Origin: an uncultured delta proteobacterium | GTDB taxonomy: Bacteria > Desulfobacterota > Binatia > Bin18 | Reading direction: 5' to 3' | DNA length: 64,000 bases | Assembly: GCA_963733195.1 (NCBI GenBank) | Contig: CAVTCR010000081.1 | Span: 64,001 to 128,000, forward strand | Shown here: piece after piece, positions 41,896 through 51,202 of the stretch | How positions within the stretch are numbered: the first letter of the stretch is position 1 | Layout of the letters: each line of letters begins with the position of its first letter | Notes under the pieces: generated by a model | Databases searched by the model: none | What the model was told of the DNA's origin: nothing | Seen by the model: only the letters and a program-made list of their open reading frames with translations | Position numbers and translations under genes: made by a program

Positions 41896-42921
41896 TCAAG
41901 GAAACTCGACCAGAGTCTTGATCGAGTCTCGTGCTTCAGAGGCGGTTTTGTATGCATCGTGTAAAGCGGCAAAGGGAAAACGATGAGTAATGAACTTATC
42001 AGCAGTAACGATGCCTGTACGAATGAGCTGTAATGCCTCGCGGGTATCATTCGGTCCACACGAGTAGCTCGGGATGAGGCGAATCTCGTTAAAATAGAGG
42101 TGATATGGAGAGACTGGCAATATCGCTTCCGGAGTGCTCGTGGTAAAGAGAACAACCGTCCCACCTTTAGCTACGCAGCGAATTCCTAATTCCATCGCTT
42201 CAAGCGACCCTGGTCCGACAATCACAACTTCAGCCATCTCACCATGCGTGTGCTGCCGCAATTGCTCTTCAACGTTTCCTTGAGCTGGATCAAGGGCAAA
42301 GTCTGCGCCCAAAGCGAGAGCCTTCTCGCGCCTATACGGAACAAAATCGGCACCGATAACACTGCCTGCACCAGCGTGGCGAGCCAGCGCAACATGCAAT
42401 TGACCCATAATGCCCAAGCCAATAATGAAAACCCGATCACCGGCTTGCATTCCTGACTTACGCATTGACTTTACTGTGCACGCAGCAGGTTCGATCAGCG
42501 CACCATCAGCAAAAGACAGGTCAGAGGGAAGGGAGAGAGTGTCTCCGGCGAGGTTTTCTTTAGGCGCGAGAAAATACTCTGCCATACCACCCGGAACAAT
42601 GCGGGATGCTCTCCATGTGGAACACTGAACAAACTCTCCACGCTGACAGGGCCGGCAAGTAAAACATGGCGCATGATGGTGGACAAACACCCGGTCCCCA
42701 GGACGAAAATCTGTTACCCCAGGCCCAACTTCGATTACTTCTCCGGCTGGCTCGTGACCGAATACGAGCGGCGCTTTCTTCTTCATATACCAGCCCATGA
42801 CATCACCAGAGCAAATGCCACACGCTCGCGTACGAATCAGCGCTTCTCCAGGGCCAACTACCGGGACCGGTTCGTCTTCAAAGCGGATGTCTGTCGAATC
42901 GTAAAGCCGCGCGACTTTCAT
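41896..42921 (-). CDS. Zinc-dependent alcohol/polyol dehydrogenase
   Basis: CGICSGD, GHEPAG, CFTCRPC...C, GLGIMG. Confidence 0.92.
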   Translation of the reverse strand: MKVARLYDSTDIRFEDEPVPVVGPGEALIRTRACGICSGDVMGWYMKKKAPLVFGHEPAGEVIEVGPGVTDFRPGDRVFVHHHAPCFTCRPCQRGEFVQCSTWRASRIVPGGMAEYFLAPKENLAGDTLSLPSDLSFADGALIEPAACTVKSMRKSGMQAGDRVFIIGLGIMGQLHVALARHAGAGSVIGADFVPYRREKALALGADFALDPAQGNVEEQLRQHTHGEMAEVVIVGPGSLEAMELGIRCVAKGGTVVLFTTSTPEAILPVSPYHLYFNEIRLIPSYSCGPNDTREALQLIRTGIVTADKFITHRFPFAALHDAYKTASEARDSIKTLVEFP

Positions 42922-42942
42922 AACCGCATTTCCATGAGGCGA

Positions 42943-43940
42943 TTATGAAAACATCCATTTCGCCATCTTCCACATGTCCTTGCGGGCTTTCGGGGAAGGT
43001 GCGGGTGACAGATGCCTCGAACCCTGAGTGCATCAAGCAATCGTGGCATCTGGTATCAATGCGTTTTTCCCAGTAGTTCCAGTCCACCCCATTCCAGAAC
43101 TCGTCCCAGGTTTTATAGTATTTTTCGCCAATCAAGTAACAGGGGCCTTTCCAGCCGAAAGGGGTACGAGTGACATTTCCCCATGGGGTGCAGGGATACT
43201 CACGCTCTCCAGCGGCGAATTCAAGAAAGAGCGGAGTAGAGCCGAGGCGATACTTCTTTGATAATTCCAAAACCTTTCTGAACTTCTGATGGATCTCCTG
43301 ACGGAAGAGGAAGTGGTTCTCTTGGATTTTTTCGTAATGATACCCAGGTGACACCAACATGTTGTCGATTCCCATCCGCGTCAGGAGTGCGAACAACTCC
43401 TCAATCTCTTCCATACTGGTTTCACGATAGACCGTGGTGTTCGTGCAGACGGTATAGCCAAGCTGCTTGCCCACCTTGATCATCTCAAGGGCTTTGTCAA
43501 ATACCCCTTCACGCGCACAAACGAAATCGTGGGTCTCCCGCAAACCATCAAGATGAACGTTGATGGTTAATCGCTTATGTGGCTGTGCTTTGCTGAAGAA
43601 TCGCTCAAGCAGAATGGCGTTTGTACAAACGATTACATGCCGTTTGCGAGCGATCGTTTCACTAACTAACTCGGGAAGTTCTGGATAGACGGTCGGTTCG
43701 CCACCACAAATAGAAACGATGGGTGCGCCGGACTCATCAACCGCTTGAAGACATTGAGAGAGCGTGAGTCGATCTTTTAGCTCACCAGAATGACGTTCTG
43801 GGGAACATCCGACACAGGCAAGATTGCAGGTATACAGAGGCTCAAGCATCAGCACGACCGGATACCGTTTCCGTCCTTGTAGTTTATTTTTCGTCTGCCA
43901 CTTCATCATATCTGTCGTTACATGTAGCGGGTACCGCATC
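42943..43940 (-). CDS. hpnH: Adenosyl-hopene transferase HpnH (radical SAM); frameshift near the C-terminus
   Basis: YPVVLMLEPLYTCNLACVGC, GGEP, HLDGL, CTPWGNVT, PCYL, CHDCLMHSGFE; true end ..DMWKMAKWMFS* at 42943. Confidence 0.88.
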
Positions 43941-44014
43941 CTTTTCCACACTCCTTCTCCACACTTGACCGTTTGGTCAGCGAATCTTAGCGGTCTGCCG
44001 TGAGCGTCGCAAGG

Positions 44015-44118
44015 AGGATAATGGATAAGGGGGAAAGGAGAAAGGATAAGGGAAAGGCCAGAAGGATGTTTTTCTATCCGTTTCTCCCTTTATCCGTTAC
44101 CCCTTCTCCCTTATCCTA
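44015..44118. repeat. Inverted heptamer tandem-repeat arrays
   Basis: GGATAAT GGATAAG .. GGAGAAA GGATAAG followed by complementary TTTCTCC/CTTTATCC/CTTATCC. Confidence 0.65.
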
Positions 44119-44955
44119 TCTCGATAAGAACACCGGACACGGCGCATTGCGCAGGACATACTCGGTTGTACTTCCAAGGACCATTTCGATAATACGAGTA
44201 TGGCCGTATGCGCCAATGAATAACAGATCGTGGCTTCTTTCTTTAATGCACTCGACGATCCGTTGGTTGGCATGACCGACAGCAGGGACGAGGGTTAGTG
44301 GTATTCCGTAGGAGCTGAGATAGTGTCGTGCTTCTTCGAGGAGTTTTTCTCCACCGTTTTTTTCGCGATGTGCGACCGAGAGAACGGTTAAGGGAAGATG
44401 GAGCGCAGCACAGAATTCTGCTGCCAAATGCATGGCTGTGCTGGCACGCGGGCTGCCGTCATAGGCAAGGAGTGGATTCGTGATCGGTTGAAATTGCATC
44501 GGAGTGATGAATACCGGACGTGGACATTTACGTGTGACACTTTCGGCCGTACCACCTAACAATCCTGTGGAAAATCGTTCGTTAGCTCCGCGATGGCCAA
44601 TGACAACAAGATCGCTGGTGCGGGCATGTTCACAAATGTCATTCGCGATGATCCCAGTAACGAGAATGGTTTCGTAGGCAATCCTCCGTTCACTACACGA
44701 GGCTGTGAACTCTGCAAGCAATTGCTGTCCACGTTCATGCAAGGCTTGACGTACTTTTCCAGTTACATCGAGATAGGGTTCAAAGCCCAACGCTCCGGAG
44801 ATGTCCTGAAAAAATGGCCCTTCAACCGAAACGATGTCGATGACGTGCAAACCAGAGATCTCAGCCTGGAAACGTTCGGCTAACCATAATGCATACTGAA
44901 ACGCAGTCCGCGCATGGTCAGAGCCGTCGAGAGCGAGGAGGATATGTTTAATCAT
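44116..44955 (-). CDS. Universal stress protein (tandem USP domains)
   Basis: ILLALDGS, DLVVIGHRG..LGGTAE, LLAYDGS, GAYGH..LGSTTEYVL. Confidence 0.93.
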   Translation of the reverse strand: MIKHILLALDGSDHARTAFQYALWLAERFQAEISGLHVIDIVSVEGPFFQDISGALGFEPYLDVTGKVRQALHERGQQLLAEFTASCSERRIAYETILVTGIIANDICEHARTSDLVVIGHRGANERFSTGLLGGTAESVTRKCPRPVFITPMQFQPITNPLLAYDGSPRASTAMHLAAEFCAALHLPLTVLSVAHREKNGGEKLLEEARHYLSSYGIPLTLVPAVGHANQRIVECIKERSHDLLFIGAYGHTRIIEMVLGSTTEYVLRNAPCPVFLSR

Positions 44956-45070
44956 GTAATCCTCAGTGTCTCAGTTACCATTCCTCGTGGGCCTGATTAT
45001 CACTGTGTCCTCACGTGAGCAAGCAACCACTTTACAAGCCGAGAGCCCTTGGTCACAATAGAGAATTACT

Positions 45071-45367
45071 ATGGCAAAAAAACCGCAGTCCGGGGGAAGA
45101 GGTGGTGCCCTCCTTCAAGAACTGAAGACCGTGGCTGAACGGATTGGCATCCGTGTCCGCGAAGAAAAGCTGTTCCGAGAAGTGGGCTACCAGGTACGAG
45201 GTGGAGGATGTCGAGTCCGTGGACAAGAGACCGTTTTCTTGGATCGAGATATGCCAGTTCCAGATCGCATGGATATCCTTCTTGATGAGTTGTCGCGGCG
45301 TGAGGTTGATCGCGAGTTGTTGTCTCCTGCGTTACGACGGCTCTGGCCTGGAGGAGCATCGCAGTGA
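45071..45367 (+). CDS. Conserved hypothetical protein upstream of fur
   Basis: ERIGIRVREEKL..RGGGCRVRG..VFLDR; GTGA overlap with fur. Confidence 0.7.
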   Translation: MAKKPQSGGRGGALLQELKTVAERIGIRVREEKLFREVGYQVRGGGCRVRGQETVFLDRDMPVPDRMDILLDELSRREVDRELLSPALRRLWPGGASQ

Positions 45368-45837
45368 GCGATCGGCTCACCCAATTCCGTCATTGGATCA
45401 AAGAGCAGGGACTCAAAGCAACCTCGCAACGAGAGGATATCGCGCAGGTTTTCTTTTCAGCCGACCGTCACATCAGTGTTGAAGAGCTCTACAGCGAGGT
45501 GCGTCGACTCAATCCGCGTGTGGGCTATGCCACTGTGTACCGCACGATGAAACTCTTAAAAGAGTGCGGCCTAGCGGAAGAGCGACACTTTGCCGATGGG
45601 CAAGCTCGATTTGAGAAACTCGAAGATGAACGTCATCACGATCATATTATCTGCGAACGCTGTGGGCGCATCGTCGAGTTTACTCAACCGCAGATCGAAA
45701 AACTTCAGGAAGAAGTTGCTCAGCGATTTGGGTTTGTGGCAACAACCCATAAGATGGAGATCTACGGCATTTGCAAAGACTGCCGAGAGGGCAAAGGTTC
45801 TCGTGCAGAGCGCGAGCGACCGTTAGTGCGAACCTAA
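45364..45837 (+). CDS. fur: Fur family transcriptional regulator
   Basis: ATVYRTMKLL, HHDHIICERCG, IYGICKDC. Confidence 0.92.
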   Translation: MSDRLTQFRHWIKEQGLKATSQREDIAQVFFSADRHISVEELYSEVRRLNPRVGYATVYRTMKLLKECGLAEERHFADGQARFEKLEDERHHDHIICERCGRIVEFTQPQIEKLQEEVAQRFGFVATTHKMEIYGICKDCREGKGSRAERERPLVRT

Positions 45838-45971
45838 TCCCATCTCCATCCTTTCTGTTTCTTCGTTTTGCTGCTTCCTTTTCATTACGCACAATGAAAC
45901 GTGTCTGGAAAGTGTTCATCTCGCACTTGCTGCGCCGCAGCTTTCTCGTCGATCATCGCTAGATCATTTCG

Positions 45972-47916
45972 TTACCAAAGCGTTGTGGTATCGAGGACAT
46001 GAACGTGTCCGGCATGTTCAGTGACTGTCTCGTACATGTGTTGGGTTCCGCCGAGGCCGTCTCCACCTTTACGGTTCCACAGACAAAGGAAGTGCAGTCG
46101 TTCCGGCCCCCACGACAGTGCGGTGTATAACTGCCATAGATTGTTACGCGCGAACGCATTGACACCTTTGGGGAGTGGGCCAAGCTCATCTGGCATAACC
46201 AGCAGTTTGGTCTTTTCATGTTTTTTGACGGCGTAAAAACGCTCGCGCCAGTTGTCGCCGGCGAAATTGACCGATTCTTGAAGAAACTCCGGCTCATCAA
46301 AGGGAATACGTACTTCCAGTCGTAAGCCGCGCGTCAGGCATGCCTCAGCGAACAGCAAGTCACCACCGCATGCGCCACCACAGAGGGCAAGGTCTTCTGC
46401 TCCAGCACCAAGTGCTTCGAGTTTGGCGAGAATCGCCCATGTGGCGATGGATTCCTTCTCCGCAGGAAAGCGGGGAGTTGGACGATCCGGTCGCGTCAAT
46501 CATATGCCCACTGAAGAGAAATACGCGCTGCGGCTTCCAGCGTTCTTGTGGAGCTTCGAGTTTCTTGAGCTCGCGCTCAAGAATCTTCAATCCGGCTTCG
46601 ACTTCTACGAGGCGGAACCCGAGGTCACGCAGTAGGAGTAACTGTTGGTACGAAGAATCAAGTGCGAACCAATCCTTCTCGGCCACTGCAACCGCGACTC
46701 GATACTGTCGCTCGACCTGTGCTTTATCAGCGGAGAGAACGTCGAGATCACCGAGCGTTACTCGTGCCCAGTAGTCTCTCGGAGTTTCAGTGAGTGCACT
46801 TTGTACTGCCCATCGGACTCCCCCTTCCAACGCACGCTGCTCGGGAGTCTGTTCCTCGTGAAGAAGTGTTTGCTTGAGGGTAAGAAGAGTAATCGCATTA
46901 ATACCGGCATAGTAGTTCTTCGGATCTTTGCGAAAACCGGTCATGTAGGCGTCGATTGCTTCATGAAGAAACCCCTCCTCGGCCAGTGCATCTTCTCGCA
47001 TTCGCTCGGGTGTTTTGCCCGAATCCCTCCACCTCATGACCCAATTCTCCTTCTCAATACGGCCCAGTAACGCCCAGCTTTCCGAATCCTCAGGGTACTC
47101 CTCAACAACCGCCTTGAGCCACGCTTTGGCTTCGTCATACTTTTTCAAACGTCCGAACAGGAGACCTTTCTGTCGACGACTTTCGAGATCAGTTAGATCG
47201 ATGTCCAATGCTTTCTGGTACTGGTGCAGTGCGTATGAAAACTGTCCGAGAGAAAGCAGAGCTTTTCCTGCTTTGCGACGTGCTTCAGGTTGGAGGAGGC
47301 GAGAAGGAGCTTCTTTGGTAAAGACGAGAATATCACCGGGGAGGTTTTTCCGCCGCGCGACTTCGATGCGACGTGCCCATCCATCATACGCTTCCCAAAA
47401 CTCTTTGGCCTCTTCCACTCGGAGTGATTTCCAATCTGGCTCCTGCAAGTAACGAAGCAGATGATAGACAGGACTGATCTTGCGTCCGTGCCATGACTGG
47501 ATCGTTTCAGTTGCAAACGTGGCTAACGCCTTTTTGTCGTCTTCCAGAGTTGCCGGATCGGGGACGCCATCTTTGATGTGATACCGGAAGGCACGATCGA
47601 CATAGACGTCGAACGGCATGTAGTCACGCTTACATTGAATTTGGATCACTCCGCGTGAGCGAAGTCCATGACGAACGCCTAACTCGTACCAGACGTTGGG
47701 GTTGTCGATTGACAAGTCTACAACCACCAGGTCGGCAAGCAGTAACTCTTGGAACATATCCGTGCGAATGTTCCCTGCCTGCTGTTCCTCATCGGCACGA
47801 AAGACGTTGAATCCAGCCGTTTCTAAGGCGGGTTTAATGTAATCCTTGTAGACCTTGTTAAAGTCGATGCCTTCTTTCGTGCCAAACGGCATAGCGACAA
47901 AAGCATGCAAGGTCAT
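45972..47916 (-). CDS. DRHyd/deoxyribosyltransferase-like + DUF4071 (MAP3K TRAF-binding-like) TPR + SLOG-like protein (frameshift near 46490)
   Basis: AFVAMPFG..RADE..DLSIDNPNVWYELGVRH; TPR region with YYAGINA, DYWARVTLGD; FLFSGHMID..PRFP..GGACGGDLLFAE..LWN..GDGLGGT. Confidence 0.85.
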
Positions 47917-47967
47917 TGCGTGTTCCTTATGTGGTTTGAAGACAGACGGTAGCTATGTCTTTTTTCC

Positions 47968-50790
47968 TTAGGTCTCGGAGAGGGAACATGTCTGGAGATA
48001 CTCCGTAGATCCTACGTACTTCTGCCACTCCTCGTTGGTGAGATTCCGGTGCAGGCGCTCGCATACCTCGCGTACCGCATCCTCTCGTCGCCACAGCCAA
48101 CGAAATTCGACGTTCTCCCAATTGGCGGTAATCACGTACTTGCCGTCGGGACTAAAAGCGACGGTTGCGACTCCGGCATCGTGGCGTAAGCGGGTGACTT
48201 CCTGAAAACCAGGCATTTCCCACACTCGTGCAATTTTGTCCGAACCAGCAGTGGCCAAATATTTCCCGTCAGGACTAAAGGCGAGCGCAGTGACGGTTTC
48301 TTCACGGTGGGGATGGGGACTGGTCACAACCTGTCGCGTCTCCAGGTCCCAAATGCGGATCGTTTTATCCCATCCCGCAGAGGCGAACTGTGTGCCATCA
48401 GGGCTAAAGGCGATTGCCGCTGCACCTTCCTTATGTAACAGGAAGGCGCGCTCTTTCACCGTTGACGTGTCCCAGATACGGATGGTTTCATCATCCCAAC
48501 CAGCGGTTGCGAATTGTTTGCCGTCGGCACTGAAGGTCAAGGCAGCGACTCCGCCTTCATGCGGAATGATTGTTTGGTGCTGCGGATTGCGGGCTTCCCA
48601 CGCCCGTGTGATCTTGTCCCAGCCCGCCGTAACTAGATACTTACCGTTAGGGCTGAATGCGATAGCTGCTACTCCACTGGGGTGAACCATCCGAGCCAGC
48701 GGCTGGCAGTCCGGGCGGCGGCAACGGGCTACCTGCCACACCGCGATCGTGGTATCCCACCCCACAGTCGCCAGATAGGTGCCGTCACTGTTGAAAGCGA
48801 GTGCAGCGACTCCGTGAGCATGCCGCATCGTGGCGATCTCTTGCTTGCTGTCCTGTTCCCAAATGCGGATCGTCGAATCGTCATCGGCCGTGGCAAGGTA
48901 TTTCCCATCTGCACTGAGGGAGACCGCAGCTACGCGTGGCATATGCGTGAATGTGGCGATCATACGCCCCGTGCCCGACTCCCAGAGCAGAGCGGCAGGA
49001 TCATCACTCGCAGAAATAATGGACTGACCATCGGGACTAAAGGCTGCCGCAGTGACCCCACTGTTGTGGGTCAGGCGGACGCTCTCTTTCGGCGAGGCAA
49101 TCTCCCATACACGAGCCGTCTGGTCATAACTTCCAGTGACAATCTGCCGGGAATCACTGCGGAAGGAAACGGCGATGACCCCCCCTTCATGCGGAAGCTG
49201 GGCAATCTCCCGTCCGCTCGCACGTTGCCAAATCCGGGCCGTGTTGTCCCACCCGGCAGTGGCTAAGAAGTTTCCATCCGGGCTAAAGCTGAGGGCGGTC
49301 ACCCCACCTCGGTGTGAAACGTGGGCAATCTGTTCGCTGTTGGCGACTTTCCAGATGCGCACCAGTGGGTCATAGGTGGCCGTGCCAAGGAGTGCACCAT
49401 CCGGACTAAAGGCAACCGCAGTCACTCCTTCCTTGTGTGGCAGTCTTTTAATCTCGCGACAACTGACAAGATCCCAGATACGGACGGTTTTGTCCCAACT
49501 GCCTGAGGCGAGGTAGCGACTATCATGGCTGAATGCCAGACTGGTACTGCCTTTGTCGTGCATGCCACGGAGGATCTCACGGTTAGTATTGTATTCCCAC
49601 ACACGAACGGTTCCGTCCCAGCTTGCGGTGGCCAGGTACTTACCATTGGGGCTGAAGCTGATCGCTGTGATTCCTTCTTCGCGAGCCATCGGCGAGATCT
49701 CCTGGCCTGTCGTGATGATCCACACATGCGCGTGACCAGCCCAATCGACTGTAGCCAGATACTTACTATCAGGACTAAAAGCCATAGCCGTGATCCCGCT
49801 CTGGTGTGAGAGCAGGGAGACGGGTTGCTGATTGGCGACATTCCAGATGCGGACAACACAAGAATATCCAGCCGTGGCAATGAACTGGCCATTGGGACTG
49901 AATGCAACAGAGGTGATGCCCACCTTCGCAGTTGCGCAGGGCAGCAGTACTGTTCCCTGTAAGACTGCCTGATCAGATTCTAGAGAAGGTGAAAGTTTGA
50001 TGGCGGTGGCAGCTAGCAGTTCTCGGAGTGAGGACAATTCAGGGCGGCTTTTCAACGCCTCAACTTGCAATGCGAGTTGCCGGGCGAGGACGACTTTCGT
50101 CTGCGAGCGGGCGTATTGCCATTGGATCAACGCGATTACAGCCAATGCCGCAACAATTCCAAGGCCAGACGTGGCGATACTCAGCCAGACCCCTTTGCTT
50201 TTGGTAGCCGCGCGGCGACTGGCGATAATATACTGAGTTTGCAGTGGTGTCGGTTGTGGATCTTTTTTGTCGGCTTGAGTCAGCCACTGTTCCGCTTCGC
50301 GTAGCTCACGCCCACGCACGAGCAGGCTGTGTTCCTGTCCTTTACGATTCCACTCCTCGGCTTTGATTAACCAGCGTGTATGGGTATGCACCCACTCCGG
50401 GTCGACGTTGAGGACCTCTACGAGTGCCGTAAAGGCGCTGGAGAAATCATCCGTAGCACGGAAAAACTGCCACTGGCGTGCCGCAAGCGGTTGCGGGATC
50501 GTTTTCTCGTCAACCTCGCGATAATAGATCGGCACGATACGTTTATGGTGTTCAACCGCGTACGCAAGCTCCTGCTGACAGTACGCTGAACTCAATGCCT
50601 CCGGACTGATAACGAAGAGGAACGCTTCAGCTTCTTCGATGGCAGTGCGAATCCGTGGCCAGAACTCTTCCCCAGCGTAGAGGTCGTCGAGATCGACCCA
50701 CGTCTCGCGATTTTGAGCGGTGAAGGTATCCTGGAGCTTCTGTACAAAGTCCTTATCTTCACGGGCATAGGAAATGAAAACAGCGGCCAT
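47968..50790 (-). CDS. TIR domain - TM helix - WD40 repeat protein (about 15 repeats)
   Basis: VFISYARED, WVD, FVISP, CQQEL; TM GVWLSIATSGLGIVAALAVIALIQW; repeated V.A.AFSPDG..LATA.WD...RIW. Confidence 0.93.
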   Translation of the reverse strand: MAAVFISYAREDKDFVQKLQDTFTAQNRETWVDLDDLYAGEEFWPRIRTAIEEAEAFLFVISPEALSSAYCQQELAYAVEHHKRIVPIYYREVDEKTIPQPLAARQWQFFRATDDFSSAFTALVEVLNVDPEWVHTHTRWLIKAEEWNRKGQEHSLLVRGRELREAEQWLTQADKKDPQPTPLQTQYIIASRRAATKSKGVWLSIATSGLGIVAALAVIALIQWQYARSQTKVVLARQLALQVEALKSRPELSSLRELLAATAIKLSPSLESDQAVLQGTVLLPCATAKVGITSVAFSPNGQFIATAGYSCVVRIWNVANQQPVSLLSHQSGITAMAFSPDSKYLATVDWAGHAHVWIITTGQEISPMAREEGITAISFSPNGKYLATASWDGTVRVWEYNTNREILRGMHDKGSTSLAFSHDSRYLASGSWDKTVRIWDLVSCREIKRLPHKEGVTAVAFSPDGALLGTATYDPLVRIWKVANSEQIAHVSHRGGVTALSFSPDGNFLATAGWDNTARIWQRASGREIAQLPHEGGVIAVSFRSDSRQIVTGSYDQTARVWEIASPKESVRLTHNSGVTAAAFSPDGQSIISASDDPAALLWESGTGRMIATFTHMPRVAAVSLSADGKYLATADDDSTIRIWEQDSKQEIATMRHAHGVAALAFNSDGTYLATVGWDTTIAVWQVARCRRPDCQPLARMVHPSGVAAIAFSPNGKYLVTAGWDKITRAWEARNPQHQTIIPHEGGVAALTFSADGKQFATAGWDDETIRIWDTSTVKERAFLLHKEGAAAIAFSPDGTQFASAGWDKTIRIWDLETRQVVTSPHPHREETVTALAFSPDGKYLATAGSDKIARVWEMPGFQEVTRLRHDAGVATVAFSPDGKYVITANWENVEFRWLWRREDAVREVCERLHRNLTNEEWQKYVGSTEYLQTCSLSET

Positions 50791-51202
50791 GTTCCCCTCG
50801 TAGATGGTGCCGGTTCCTTGTTAGGACTCCCAATGGTAGAGCAATGGGTATGCCATTAAGTAGATATGCAAGAAATTGCTCCATTTGCAATCTGCCTTAT
50901 GGAAGCCAAGGGTAAATTTATCGAGGGTTACAGTCGGAATTAAGAAAATAAGGACAATACGACGAATAGCGAGATAAAACTGTCTCACGGTAACAAAAGT
51001 TGACAGGACAAGTGAAGTAGATGGTACAGTGGTAGGGGCGATGGCCAGATGCCCCGGCGGTTCACCTTCCCGCTCAATAAGGAGGGAGGGTCAATTAGTG
51101 TGACAAAAGAGTCGGGCAGCACCCTACTCTGAATGAGGTTTGTCTACGCCTCATTTCTCCGGTGATTTGTCTTTACCTTTTGCCTTTTGACTTGTTTGGA
51201 CC

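Noticed and set aside
47968-49930. Regular repeats of about 123 bp that might suggest a CRISPR or DGR array
   Set aside because: They are degenerate WD40 coding repeats; no identical repeat-spacer pattern, and no cas or reverse transcriptase gene in the window
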